Shown: positions 49,210 through 62,900, counted from the stretch's first letter. The stretch is 64,000 bases of DNA from Mobula hypostoma (GCF_963921235.1 NC_086097.1:73286001-73350000), one strand, 5' to 3'. Made by a program: numbers and translations. The notes: generated by a model not told the origin, from the letters alone.

Positions 49210-52200
49210 TTGGGGGGTGGGAATCAAATTAAAGAGGCTAGGCGTGAGGAGGTTAGTTCACAACAGGGGGATGGGAACCAGTGCAGAGAGACAGAGGGGT
49301 GTAAAATGAGGGTAGAAGCAAAAAGTAGTAAGGTGAAAAGTAAAAGTGGCAGGCCGACAAATCCAGGGCAAGCATCCAAAAGGGCCACTTTTCAACATAA
49401 TTGTATAAGGGCTAAGAGAGTTGTAAAAGCGTGCCTGAAGGCTTTGTGTGTCAATGCAAGGAGCATTCGTAACAAGGTGGATGAATTAAAAGTGCAGATT
49501 GTTATTAATGAATATGATATAGTTGGGATCACAGAGACATGGCTCCAGGGTGACCAAGGATGGGAGCTCAACATTCAGGGATATTCAATATTCAGGAGGG
49601 AGAGACATGAAAGAAAAGGAGGTGGGGTGGCGTTGCTGGTTGGAGAGGAGATTAACGCAATAGAAAGGAAGGACATAAGCCGGGAGGATGTGGAATCGAT
49701 ATGGGTAGAGCTGCATAACACTAAGGGACAGAAAACGCTGGTGGGAGTTGTGTACAGGCCACTTAACAGTAGTACTGAGGTTCGGGATGGTATTAAACAG
49801 GAAATTAGAAATGTGTGCAATAAAGGAACAGCAGTTATTACGGGTGACTTCAATCTACATGTAGATTGGGTGAACCAAATTGGTAAGGGTGCTGAGGAAG
49901 AGGATTTCTTGGAATGTATGCGGGATGGTTTTTTGAACCAACATGTCGAGGAAACAACTAGAGAGCAGGCTATTCTAGACTGGGTATTGAGCAATGAGGA
50001 AGGGTTAATTAGCAATCTTGTCGTGAGAGGCCCCTTGGGTAAGAGTGACCATAATATGGTGGAATTCTTCATTAAGATGGAGAGTGACATAGTTAATTCA
50101 GAAACAAAGGTTCTGAACTTAAAGAAGGGTAACTTTGAAGGTATGAGACGTGAATTAGCTAAGATAGACTGGCAAATGACACTTAAAGGGTTGAAGGTGG
50201 ATATGCAATGGCAAGCATTTAAAGATCGCATGGATGAACTACAACAATTGTTCATCCCAGTTTGGCAAAAGAATAAATCAAGGAAGGTAGTGCACCTGTG
50301 GCCGACAAGGGAAATTAGGGATAGTATCAATTCCAAAGAAGAAGCATACAAATTAGCCAGAAAAAGTGGCTCACCTGAGGACTGGGAGAAATTCAGAGTT
50401 CAGCAGAGGAGGACAAAGGGCTTAATTACGAAGGGGAAAAAAGATTATGAGAGAAAACTGGCAGGGAACATAAAAACTGACTGTAAAAGCTTTTATAGAT
50501 ATATGAAAAGAAAAAGATTGGTTAAGACAAATATAGGTCCCCTACAGACAGAAACAGGTGAATTGATTATGGGGAGCAAGGACATGGCAGACCAATTGAA
50601 TAATTACTTTGGTTCTGTCTTCACTAAGGAGGACATAAATAATCTTCCGGAAATAGTAGGGGGCAGAGGGTCCAGTGAGATGGAGGAACTGAGGGAAATA
50701 CGTGTTAGTAGGGAAGTGGTGTTAGGTAAATTGAAGGGATTAAAGGCAGATAAATCCCCAGGGCCGGATGGTCTGCATCCCAGAGTGCTTAAGGAAATAG
50801 CCCAAGAAATAGTGGATGCGTTAGTGATAATTTTTCAAAACTCGTTAGATTCTGGACTAGTTCCGAGAATTGGAGGGTGGCTAATGTAACCCCACTTTTT
50901 TAAAAAGGAGGGAGAGAGAAACCAGGGAATTATAGACCAGTTAGCCTAACATCGGTGGTGGGGAAACTGCTAGAGTCAGTTATCAAAGATGTGATAACAG
51001 CACATTTGGAAAGCGGTGAAATCATCGGACAAAGTCAGCATGGATTTGTGAAAGGAAAATCATGTCTGACGAATCTCATAGAATTTTTTGAGGATGTAAC
51101 TAGTAGAGTGGATAGGGGAGAACCAGTGGATGTGGTATATTTGGATTTTCAAAAGGCTTTTGACAAGGTCCCACACAGGAGGTTAGTGTGCAAACTTAAA
51201 GCACACGGTATTGGGGGTAAGGTATTGATGTGGATAGAGAATTGGTTAGCAGACAGGAAGCAAAGAGTGGGAATAAACGGGACCACTAGCGGGGTACTGC
51301 AAGGCTCAGTGCTGGGACCCCAGTTGTTTACAATATATATTAATGACTTGGATGAGGGAATTACATGCAGCATCTCCAAGTTTGCGGATGACACGAAGCT
51401 GGGCGGCAGTGTTAGCTGTGAGGAGGATGCTAAGAGGATGCAGGGTGACTTGGATAGGTTAGGTGAGTGGGCAAATTCATGGCAGATGCAATTTAATGTG
51501 GATAAATGTGAAGTTATCCACTTTCGTGGCAAAAACAGGAAAACAGATTATTATCTGAATGGTGGCTGATTAGGAAAAGGGGAGGTGCAACGAGACCTGG
51601 GTGTCATTATACACCAGTCATTGAAAGTGGGCATGCAGGTACAGCAGGCGGTGAAAAAGGTGAATGGTATGCTGGCATTTATAGCAAGAGGATTCGAGTA
51701 CAGGAGCAGGGAGGTACTACTGCAGTTGTACAAGGCCTTGGTGAGACCACACCTGGAGTATTGTGTGCGGTTTTGGTCCCCTAATCTGAGGAAAGACATC
51801 CTTGCCATAGAGGGAGTACAAAGAAGATTCACCAGGTTGATTCCAGGGATGGCAGGACTTTCATATGATGAAAGACTGGATGAACTAGGCTTCTACTCGT
51901 TGGAATTTAGAAGATTGAGGGGGGATCTGATTGAAACATATAAAATCCTAAAGGGATTGGACAGGCTAGATGCAGGAAGATTGTTCCCGATGTTGGGGAA
52001 GTCCAGAACGAGAGGTCACAGTTTGAGGATAAAGGGGAAGCCTTTTAGGACTGAGATTAGGAAAAACTTCTTCACACAGAGAGTGGTGAATCTGTGGAAT
52101 TCTCTGCCACAGGAAACAGTTGAGGCCAGTTCATTGGCTATATTTAAGAGGGAGTTAGATATGGCCCTTGTGGCTAAAGGGATCAGGGGAATGGAGGGAA

Positions 52201-52238
52201 GGCTGGTACAGGGTTCTGAGTTGGATGATCAGCCATGA
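49210..52238 (+). pseudogene. CR1 ORF2 (APE endonuclease + RT), disrupted
   Basis: NARSIRNK, GITETWL, GDFN, GKSDH, YLDFQKAFDKVPH, KFADD. Frameshift(s) near 50865-50910, a 21-bp in-frame deletion near 51284 relative to the 13659-16192 copy, and a stop at 51567-51569. Confidence 0.9.
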
Positions 52239-53659
52239 TCATTCTGAATGGCGGTGCAGGCTCGAAGGGCCGAATGGCCTACTCCTGCACCTATTTTCTA
52301 TGTTTCTATGACAAGATAGGCCAAAGTCAGCATGATTTCCTGAAAGGAAAATCATGCCTGCCTAACCTACTGCAATTTTTTGAGGAAATTGCAAGCAGGA
52401 GATACAGTAGATGTAGTGTACTTAGATTCTCAGAAGTCCTTTGAGAAGGTGCCACACATGAGGCTGCTTAGCAAGATAAGAGCCCATGGAATTACAGGGA
52501 AGTTACTAGCATGGGTGGAGCATTGGCTGATTGGCAGAAAACAAAGAGTGGACCAGTGGAGTTCCACAGGGGTCGATGTTAGGACCACTGCTTTTTACGA
52601 TGTATGTGAATGATTTGGACTATGGGATTAATGGATTTGTGGCTAAATTTGCCAATGATACAAAGATAGCTGAAGGAGTGGGTAGTGTTGAGGAAACAAA
52701 GAGACTTACATAGTTTAGGAAAATGGGCAAAGAAGTGGCAAGTGAAATACAACATTGGAAAGTGTATGGTCATGCACTCTGGTGGAAGAAATAAACGGGC
52801 AGTCTATTATTTAGATGGGGAGAGAATTCAAAATGCAGAGATGCAAAGGGACTTGGGAGTCCTTGTGCAGAATACCCTAATAGTTAACCTCCAGCTTGAG
52901 TCAGTGGTGAAGAAGGCGAATGTAATGTTGGCATTCATTTCTAGAGGTATAGAATATAAGAGCAGGGATTTGATGTTGAGGCTCTATAAAGGCACTCTTG
53001 AGACCATACTTGGAGTATTGTGTACAGTTTTGGGTTCCTTATTTTAGAAAGGATATACTGACATTGGAGAGGGTTCACAGAAGATTCACGAGAATGATTC
53101 CGGGAATGAAAGTGTTACTGTAAGAGGAATGTCTGGCAGCTCTTGGACTGTATTCCCTGGAGTTTAGGAGAATGAGGGGAAATCTCATAGAAACATTCCG
53201 AATGATAAAAGGCCTGAACAGATTAGATACAACAAAGTTATTTCTCATGGTAGGGGAGTCTAGGACAAGAGGGCATGACTTCAGGATCGAAGGACATCCA
53301 TTTAGAACAGAGATGCGGAGAAATTACTTTAGTCAGAGGGTGGTAAATCTGTGTAATTTGTTGCCATGAGCGGCTAAGGAGGTCATGTCATTGGGTGCAT
53401 TTAAGGCAGAGATAGATAGGTTCTTGATTAGACAGGGCATCAGAGGGTATGGAGAGAAGGCAGGGGAGTAGTGATGACTGGAAGAATTGGACCAGCCCAT
53501 GATTGAATGGTGGAGCAGACTCGATGGGCCGAATGGCCTTCTCCTGCTCCTATATCTTATGGTCTTATGGTACCAGTGCCATGAGTGTCTTTAATTTAAA
53601 CTGTAATCCTGAATGTGATTAACATCAAATCCATTGCACATAATTCAAATACCAAGAAA

Positions 53660-54365
53660 CCATAAGACATAGAAGCAGAATTAGGCCATTTGGCTCATCG
53701 AGTCTACTCCATCATTCAATCATGGTTGATTCTTTTTTCCCCTCCTCAGCTCCACTCCCCAACCTTATACCCATAACCATTGCCTTGGCCTTTCGAGAAC
53801 CTATCAATCTCCACCTTAAATACACCCGGTGACCTGGCCTACACAACTGCCTAAGGTAATAAATTCCACAAGTTCACCACCCTCTAGCTAAAGAAATTTC
53901 TCCACAACTCTATTTTAAATGGACCCCTCTGTCCTGATGCTGTGCCCTCTTGTTCTGCACTCTCCCATCATGGGATACATCTTTTCCACATCTACTCTGT
54001 CTAGGCCTTTCAACCTTCGAAAGGTTTCAATGAGATTCCACCCCCCCCACCAAGTCCTAAATTCCAGCGACTACAGGCCCAGAGCCATTAAACGTTCCTC
54101 ATATGTTAACCTTTTCATCTCTGGAATTATCCTTCTGAACTTCATCTGATCCCTCTCCAGCACATCTTTTCTTCAATGAGGAGCCCAGACCTATTCACAA
54201 TACTCAAAGTGAAGCCTCACCAGTGCCTTATAAAGCCTCAGCATCACATTGTTGCTCTTATATTCGAGACTTCTTGAAATGAATGCTAACATTGCATTTG
54301 CCTTCCTCATAACAGACTCAACCTGCAAGTTAACAATTAGGGTGTTTGGCACAAGAATTTGCAAA
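53660..54365 (-). mobile_element. CR1 3' fragment
   Basis: ccataagacatagaagcagaattaggccatttgg tail followed by the reverse-complement CR1 C-terminus. Confidence 0.8.
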
Positions 54366-54519
54366 TGTTCTGTACATCCCAGAGTACTACAGGAAGTGCC
54401 CCTGGAAATAGTGAATGCATTTGTGGTTGCCTTCTAAAAGTCTTTAGAACCTGGAGCAGTTCTTACATTTGGAGGATAGCAAATTTAATCCCATAATTAA
54501 CACATTGTAAGAAGACTAT

Positions 54520-55596
54520 GCTTTGTGGATCCAGAATTGGCTTGGCCTCAGAAGGCAAAGAGTGGTTGTAGATGGGTCATACTCTGCATGGAGGTTGGTG
54601 ACCAGTGGTGTGCCTCAGGAATCTGTTCTGGGACCTGTTCTCTTCATAATTTTTATAAATGACCTGGTTGAAGAAGTGGAGGGGTGGGTTAGTAAATTTG
54701 CAGATGACACAAAGGTTGGGGCTGTGATGGATAGTGTGGCGAGCTGTCAGAGGTTACAGCAGGACATCGATAGGATGCAGAACTGGGCTGAGAAGTGGCA
54801 GATGGAGTTCAATCTAGATAAGTGTGAGGTAGTTCATTTTGGTAGGTCAAATATGATGACAGAATATAGTATTAATGGTAAGACTCTTGGCAGTGTGGAG
54901 GATCAGAGGGATCTTGGGGTCTGAATCCATAGGACACTCAAAGCTGCTTTGCAGGTTGACTGTGTGGTCAAGAAGGCATATCATGTATTCGCCTTCATCA
55001 TTCGTGGGGTTGAGTTCAAGTGCCAAAAGGTAATGTTACAGCTATATAGGACCTGGTCAGACCCCACTTGGAGTACTCTGCTCAGTTCTGGTCACCTCAC
55101 TACAGGCAGGATATAGAAACCATAGAAAGGGTGCAGAGGAGATTTACAAGGATGTTGATTGGATTGGGGAGCATGCCTTATGAGAATAGGTTGAGTGAAT
55201 TTGGCCTTTTCTCCTTGGAGCAACAGAGGATGAGAGGTGACCTGATAGAGGTGTATAAGATGTTGAGGGGCTTTGAGCGTGTGGATAGTCAAAGGCTTTT
55301 TCCCAGGGCTGAAGTGGCTAACACAAGAGGGCAGAGTTTGAAGGTGCTTGGAAGTAGGTACATAGAGGTAAGTTTTTTTTTTGCAGAGAGTGGCGAGTGC
55401 GTGAGATGGGCTGCGGCAACGGTGGTGGAGGCGGATACGATAGGGTCTTTTAAGCAACTCCTGAACCGGTACATGGTGCTTTACAAAAATAGAGTGCTAT
55501 GGGTAGCCCTAGGTAATTTCTAAAGTAAGTACATGTTGGGCACAGCATTGTGGGCCAAAGGGTCTGTATTGTGCTGTAGGTTTTCTATGTTTCTAT
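54520..55596 (+). mobile_element. CR1 RT/3' fragment (same subfamily as 43205-44810, opposite orientation)
   Basis: WIQNWL..SGVPQESVLGP..SKFADD; 3' UTR ctaggtaatttcta..ttttctatgtttcta is shared with the 43205 copy. Confidence 0.88.
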
Positions 55597-58500
55597 TAAG
55601 TAACTAGGATGCAAGGTGAGTGTTTAGACTTCAGTATTTCTCAATACTGTATATCTCAATGGTTTGCATGAAGGAAGGAAATATAACCACCAAGTTTGCG
55701 AAAGATACGGTGCTGAGAGGGACTATTAGCTGTAACAAGAAAATGCAGAGAGGCTACAGCTTGATTTTTGGTATATTGTGTTAGTGAGCAAATGTATGAG
55801 ATAATGAAGTTTAATGTGGATAATTGTGGAATTGTTTTAAAAACAGAAAGACAGATTATTATCTGAATATTTGGAAAAGTGCACTGTCACTGAGTTGTCC
55901 ATGTACACCAAGTTGCTGAAACTAAGCAGTTAGGGTCACCTTCCGTTGCAAGAGCTTTTAAGGCAAGGAACAAGGATGCTTTCCTGCAGCTCGACAGTGC
56001 TTTGGTGAGACCCCATCCAGGTATCAGAATGCAATTTCGGTCTTTCCAGCTGAGAAAAGGTGCTCTTGACACAGAAGGAATGGAACAAAGATATTCTCAA
56101 CTTATTCCTGGAATGATGGGGCTAAGGCATGAAGATTGGATCTATGTTCACTGGAGGATAGAAGAATGAGAGAAGAACTCAATGAAAACTATTACATTCT
56201 AATAGGACTAGACAAACTAAATGTAGGACAGATTCTCCCAGTGGCAGCAGAATCCCGAATTTTGGGGTCAAAGCCTCTAGATTAGTGCTATGCCATTTAG
56301 AACTGAAATGATTTTTTACTAAGAGTGTGATGAAATCCTGGAATTCTCTGTACCAAAAGGCACTGGAGGCCAGGTCGTTAAGTTCATGAAGATGGATACA
56401 ATTTAATACCAGAGGGTCCAGGGGATTAAGGCAAGAAGGCAGGGACAAGGTAATGAAGAGAAAGATTATATTCAGTAGAGGAGCAGCCCAGAACAATTGA
56501 ACAATCTACTCTTACTGTCCACGTTCTTCTCATCTTTCTACTAGTTACTTTAAACCTATGCCTCCAAAGTCACACTACTGTGTTCTTACCATTTACACTC
56601 TAGGCCTCTCGACCCCAGTTAAATCTTCGCAAAGCCATTGTTGTAAACCTGCTAGTCCTAGAAATGTCCTCATAAAAAACTCTGCACTTACTGTACAGGA
56701 ATCACATTGTTTCTCTTATGTGGTAACCAGAACAATATGCGGAACCGTTTTGTGGGCCAGTCATTTCAAGCTTTCCTTCTCTAAAATACTGTATTGAGTC
56801 AGGTGGTTTTACACTGCAGCCTGTAAGTATCGTAGTCACCACTGATAAACCAGATGTTATTAAAAATTCTCAGCTGCAGTGGTTGGTTTTGAACTTGCCT
56901 CTAGATTCCCAATTTGCTCTTTCAGTAACATCATCGCTACAAAGCTGGGAATTAATTTTTGCACTTCATTGCCCAATCAGTATCTTGGAATTCTCCAACT
57001 CACCCTAATTTTATAAGTTATGGAGAAAAATCAGGGCACTTGTTTGGACAACTCTTTCCAACGTTTGGCATGAAGATAATGGGCTAGCGAGCCTGGTTTT
57101 GTATGTACTTGTAACTACAGGCAGAAGGAATTAACAGCACAGGAAGAGGCTGTTTGACTGCTCAAATCCTCATGGGCTCTCTGCAGGCGTATTGCAGCTC
57201 ATTTCATTGTTTGCCCTTTTCCTGAAGCCATTGATATTTTGTTTCTTACAAATACTGATCCGGTTCTGTTCTGAAGATCACAGTTGAGCCATCTCCCTCT
57301 GTCTGTCAGTCAAAGCATTCCAGATTGTAAACTCTCACTGCATTTAAAAAAAACAATAAATCAGCAGGTATTGTCTTTGGTTTTAGTTCACCTCACAGTC
57401 TGCAGTATTTTGAAAAGTAACATGAGAAGCAGTGGTCTGAGTTGATCAGATAATCCCTTGCGCACTCTTCACTAATCAAAATCAAAGCTGAATCAGCCTT
57501 CCTTTCTGACCCTGTGCCATGTTCCTTCATTTCCCTCAGTACATAACTGTCTCTCAGCCTCAGTATTGTTTATATTCTCCAATTGAACTCTACATCTGTT
57601 GCAATTGCCAGATTTTCTTTGTCCGCCGTGCTTCTTATGACCTTAAAAAAGAACTGTAAAAATTGTCTTTATTGTAAACAGTAGATTTGACTGAATCATA
57701 TTGAATTGAATATTCTGTTGTCAAATCTAAATATGATTTCAGTGGGGACAAAGGAAAAGGATTGTACAATTATATTGTCTCTATATCTCTTAACACTATT
57801 TTTGTGTAAATTTATCAATTTCCTTTTGTCCCCAGAAATGTATGCTGTAATCAGATATTGTGCACAACTTCCAAACATTTATAGTTTCTATTTTCTTCAA
57901 ATCAAAATTTTCATCCTTTAATCTTTTGAATTATTTATTGCTTCATTATGACTACAATGAAGCAATAATATATATTTGATGCTCTAATCTTTGAGTTTCA
58001 CTGCTTCCAGTTTTTCTTTGTAAATTTCATATTCAAATCAATTTTTTTTTTTGCTCTCATGCTTGGCTCCAGCGGATGAAGCTGCTGCTTATTTATTCAA
58101 TCAATGTCACTTTATAATTTTAGGCTTCTGTTTACAGAACCCAGCATGTCACAACTGTTTATCTTCAATAAACTTTGATATATCCATCTCTGTGATTCAT
58201 TTTATTGAATATAATCTGGATTTTCCATGAAAATCTCAGTGAGAACTCAAGAGTGTCCGTGAGAAATTAAGTTGCATTGGTGTGGAATCTCATTATCTCA
58301 TTGAGAATGCAATCCTACAGAACTATGGGGAAATGTCAGTAATGACTTGCAATGTACTTTCAGAGGGCCAGCAGGGGTTTGAGGGCCAAATGGCCTCCTG
58401 AGCTGTTGCAGACATATAAACTATTTTATTTGCTTCTTCCTCTGTAATTCTGTATCTGTATCCCAAAATTTAGTTTCTTTGGCATTTTTAATTCCTGCTT

Positions 58501-59150
58501 CTTCTGTGTGGTAGTCTGTATGTCTCCCTGAGGAATCTTTAATCTGATTTGGTTGGAGTGGCTCCCTACTGTGTACCTGCTCACAGATGTCACAGACACC
58601 AGATGCTAAATTTAATCAGATGGAAGGAGGCCAGTGCTCTTTGCAAATAAGCCCAATGAAGGTCTGTGAGCAATTGTACGAAACTATGTTTATGCCACTC
58701 ACGGTAGAATCTGGGCTGAGGTGAATCAATTTGGGCTTGCCAGCGATATCCCCATGTGATACCATTGTCCATAATTTCTAATTTGAATACTTGCCATTTT
58801 CTCAATTCAGTTTATTTTTAAAGTCAAATTGGCTTTTCTGACCAGGTCAATAATTTGCTTTCAGCTCCGTTAACTTGAATTTCATATAAATGTCCTCTGT
58901 GGCACCTTCATGAAGGCCTGAAATTTTTTCCCAATTTCACAGATTTGTAACACAATCAACATTAAAAGGTTATTGTACTACAGGCTCTGCACACATAGGG
59001 AACTTATCATTTCAAAGATAATGTCATTAACGATGCTTGTATGTTATAAACTAATCAAATGAAAGTAATTATTTTCCTCCGTCTGGACGAATGTAGGCAT
59101 TGTCATTATTTCAACACAAAAGCAATTTGTTAATTATTATTGTCTTCTAG

Positions 59151-59316
59151 GATTGTCCTGAATTTGACCTTGTGTTTGAGAACGCCTTTGACCAGTGGGT
59201 TGCCAGCACAGCCTCCGAGAAATGTACCTTCTTTCAAATCCTTCACAATATTTCTCAGCGACACCTTTCAGACAGGAAGCCGGAGTTCATTAATTGCCAA
59301 TCTAGATGGTTGGGTG
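59151..59316 (+). CDS. STXBP6: STXBP6 (amisyn) next coding exon, 166 nt
   Basis: Acceptor tgtcttctag|gat and donor ggtg|gtaagt. Encodes DCPEFDLVFENAFDQWVASTASEKCTFFQILHNISQRHLSDRKPEFINCQSRWLG, matching amisyn DSAEFDLLFENAFDQWVASTASEKCTFFQILH. Its phase 0 start joins the previous exon in frame across a 16.1-kb GT-AG intron (43050-59150). Confidence 0.95.
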
Positions 59317-59959
59317 GTAAGTCTGCATTTGCTATATTGCGATTGTCTTCAAATCTGTGACTTATAACCTGATTTATATCCTAACTTAATTGTAATTATG
59401 GAAGAAGATACCATCTGAAAATGTCACTGACAACTAAAAATTCCAAAGTGATTCTGGTGCACAGCAGGAAAAGTGATTTGCTTGACTCGCTGTCTGAGGA
59501 GGAGAAAAGTAGATTTTCTCTTGCATTGCCGAATTCACTCTCACTCACAAGCATCCAACTTTCCATTGTATAAACCTGTTGCATGCTTTTTGTGGTATGA
59601 AAAATAGAGTTTCAACTGACTAATAACAACCACGAAAATTTAGAAACAAGTATGTTTTAAGTTGTTTCCATCTCTTGCCTCTCCTCAACTTAAAGCGCTT
59701 TGTTTGACCCATAACTTTCCTTGTTCTGACGAAAAGCCATTTACCAGAAATGTTAACTCTGTTTCTCTTTACAGTTAATAAGTTTAGCATTTTGTTCTTG
59801 TTTCAAGTTTTCACCAATTGCAGATTTTTGTTTTTACTTTAAATTCCCATTAGTCTTGCTTCATAGCCTAGTAATAGATTAATTGAATATTGTAAGATTC
59901 AAGATTGCTTAATGTCATTTCCTGTACATAAGCGTAAAGGAGAACATAATAATTGTTAG

Positions 59960-62900
59960 CACAAGAGGTTCTTCAGCTGCTAGAAATCCAGAGCAACACA
60001 CACAAAATGCTATGGGAGTGAATAATCGGTCAACATTTTGAGACAAGACCCTTCATCAGGACTGTAAAAAAGTGGGAAGACGCCTGAATAAGAAGGTAGG
60101 GGAAGAGGAAGGAGGACAAACTAGAAGGTGATAGGTGGCCAGGTGGTGGGTAGTGGGTGATAAAATAAGAAACTGGAAGGTGATAAATGGAAAAGGCAAG
60201 GGGCTAGAGAAGAAGGAATCTGATAGGAGGAGGGAATGAATGATCAGGGGAGGGGGTTGAGCACCAGGGGGAGGTGATAGGCAGGTGAGGAGAAGAGGTA
60301 GAGGCCAGAATGGAGAAATGTAAAAGAGGGAAGGGGAAGGGTAGAAGAATTGCTGGAAGTTGGAGAAATCGATGTCCATGCCACCAGGTTAGATGCCACT
60401 TAGACAGAACATGAGGTGTTGCTCCACCAACCTGAGAGTGGCCTCATTGTGGCAGAAGAGAAGGCAGTGAACCAAAAAGTCAGAACAGGAATGGGGATAG
60501 GAATTGAAATGGTTGGCCATTGGAAAATACTGCTTTTTGTGGATGTGTTCGACAAAGTACCCCAATCTACATCGGGTCTCACCAATGTCAGAGCGGCCAC
60601 TCCAAGAGCACCAGATACAGTAGATGGCCCCCAACAGATTTACATATAAAGTAACATGCAAAATGCTGAAGAAACTCAACAGGTCAGGCAGCATTTATGG
60701 AAAAGAGTAAACAGTTGATGTTTCAAGCCAAGACCTTCCTTTGGGACTTGAATGGAAAGTGAGAAGCCAGAGTAAAGAAGGGGGGAGGTGAGGAAGAAGT
60801 CAAAGGTGGCAGCTTTTAAGTGAAAACTGGGTCAAGGGGAGGGGAGTGAAGTAAAGAGCTGAAAAGTTGATTGGCGAAAGAGATAAAGGGCTGGAGAAGG
60901 GGAAATCTGATAGGAGAGGGTAGAAGACCGTGTAAGAAAGAGAAGAGGGAGGAGCACCAGAGGGAGGTGATGGGCAGGTCAAGAGATATGGTGAGAGAGG
61001 GAAACAGGAATGGGGAATGCTGAGGGGTAGGGGTCATTGCCAGAAGTTCAAAAGATTGATGTTCATGCCATCAGTTGGAGGCTGCCCAGACAGAACCGAA
61101 GAATCTCTTCCAACCTGTTTGTAGCCTCATCGGAACAGTAGAGGAGGACATGGACTGAAATGTTAGAATGGAAAGTAGAAGTGAAATAGGTGGCCACCAA
61201 GAGATCCCACTTTTTCTGGCGGATGGAGCGAAGGTGCTCGGTGAAGTGGTCTCCAAATTTACGTCAGGTCTCATGGACATACAGGGAGCACCAGATACAG
61301 CAGATGACCCCAATAGACTTGCAGGTGAAGTGCCTCCTCAAAGGAATGTTTGGGGCCTTGAATGGTAGTAAGGGAGGAGGTGCAGGGGTAGGTGTGGTAC
61401 TTGTTCCACTTGCAAGGTTAAGTACCAGGTGGAAGATCAGTGGGGAGGGACGAGTGGACACAGGAGTCACATAGGGTGCAATCCCTGTGGAAAGTTGGGG
61501 GAGGGAAAGATGTGGGATCCCATTGATGGCAGAAGTTACTGAGAATTATGTGCTAGATGCAGAGGCTAGTGGGGTGGTAGGTAAGGACAAGAGGAACCCT
61601 ATCCCTAGTGGGTTGGCGGGAGGATGGGGTGAGGGCAGATATGCATGAAATGGAAGAGATGCAGGTAAGGGTAAAGGAAAGGAAGCCCCTTTCTTTGAAG
61701 GAAAAGGGCACCTCAGTAGTTCTGCAATGTAAAGCCTCATCCTGAGAGCAGATGCAGGAGAGATAGAGGAAGAGAGAGAAGGGGGTGGCATTTTTACAAG
61801 TGACAGGGTGGGAACAGATAGCTGAGAGAGTCAGTGGGTTTATAAAAGATGTCAGTAGATAGACTGTCTCCAGAGACGAGGGAGGGAAGGGAGGTGTTGG
61901 AAATGGACCAAGTAAATTTTGAGGGCAGGGTGGAAGTTGGAGGCAAAGTTGATGAAGTCGATTACCTCAGTATAGGTGCAGGAAGCAGCACCAATGCAGT
62001 TATCAATGAGGCATAGGAAGAGTTGCGGAGCAATGCCAGTGTAGGCTTGGAACATGGACTGTTCCACATAGCAAACAAAAAGGCAAACATAGCTGGGACC
62101 CACACGAATGCCCATGGCTGCTCCTTTGGTTTGAAGGAAGTGGGAGGAGCTGAAGGAGTAATTATTGAGAGTGAGGACCAGTTCTGCCAACGGAAGAGAG
62201 TGGTGGTGAAGGGGAACTGGTTGGATCTGCTGTCCAGAAAGAAGCAGAGAGCTTTAAGGCCCTCATGATGGGCGATGGAAGTGTATAGGGACTGGACGTA
62301 GCATGTTTGTGTTACATGTGAAGTGTGGCTTCAACAGGAAGGACTGTTTAGGGCCCTGAATGAAGGTGAGGGAGGATGTGAATGGGCAGGTGTAACACTC
62401 CTCCCACTTGCAAGAATAAATGCCAGGAGGGAGATTAGTGGGAAGGGATGAATGGGCAAGAGAATCACAGAGGCTGCTATTCCTGTGGAAGACAGAGAAT
62501 TGGGGGAGGAGGTAGTAAAGATGTGTTTGGTGTAGGGTCCCCTTGAAGATGGCGGATATTGCAGAGGATGATGTGTTGGAAGAGAATCATAGGGTAGTAG
62601 ATGAAGAACAGAGGAACTCTGTCCTTATTAAGGCAGCAGGAAGATGGGCTGAGGATAGATGTCAAGGAAATGGAGGAGATACAGGTGAGGACAGCATCAA
62701 TGGTGGAGAAAGGGAAACTTTGTTCTTTGAAAAAGGAAGACATCAGAGATGGCCTGGATAGGAAAGCCTCAACCTAGGAACAGATGCGGCAGAGACAAAG
62801 GAACTGTGAAAAGGTAATGGCACTTTTATAGGAGACAGGTTGGAAAAGGTATAGTCAAGACCATAAGACGTAGGAGCAGAATTAGGCCATTCAGCCCATT

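Larger units (their letters stand above)
47969..52307 (+). mobile_element. Essentially full-length young CR1 LINE (5' UTR, ORF1, ORF2, 3' stem-loop, (TTTCTATG)n tail)
   Basis: CpG-rich 5' UTR, two ORFs, 3' gaagggccgaatggcctactcc. atgac duplicated at 47964-47968 / 52308-52312; the host rejoins as cacatgacaagataggcc. Confidence 0.93.
45090..53571 (+). mobile_element. Older CR1 (end of ORF1 plus ORF2) hosting two nested insertions
   Basis: LKVLYLNACSIRSK..YDVVAISETWL..VVYRPP. The sequence continues across 46556-47592 and 47969-52307. Tail tcttatggtcttatggt. Confidence 0.88.

Noticed and set aside
49575..50351. 258-aa minus-strand ORF, also present in the other CR1 copy
   Set aside because: Antisense shadow of CR1 ORF2. 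It is shared only because the copies are near-identical, and it has no protein motif.
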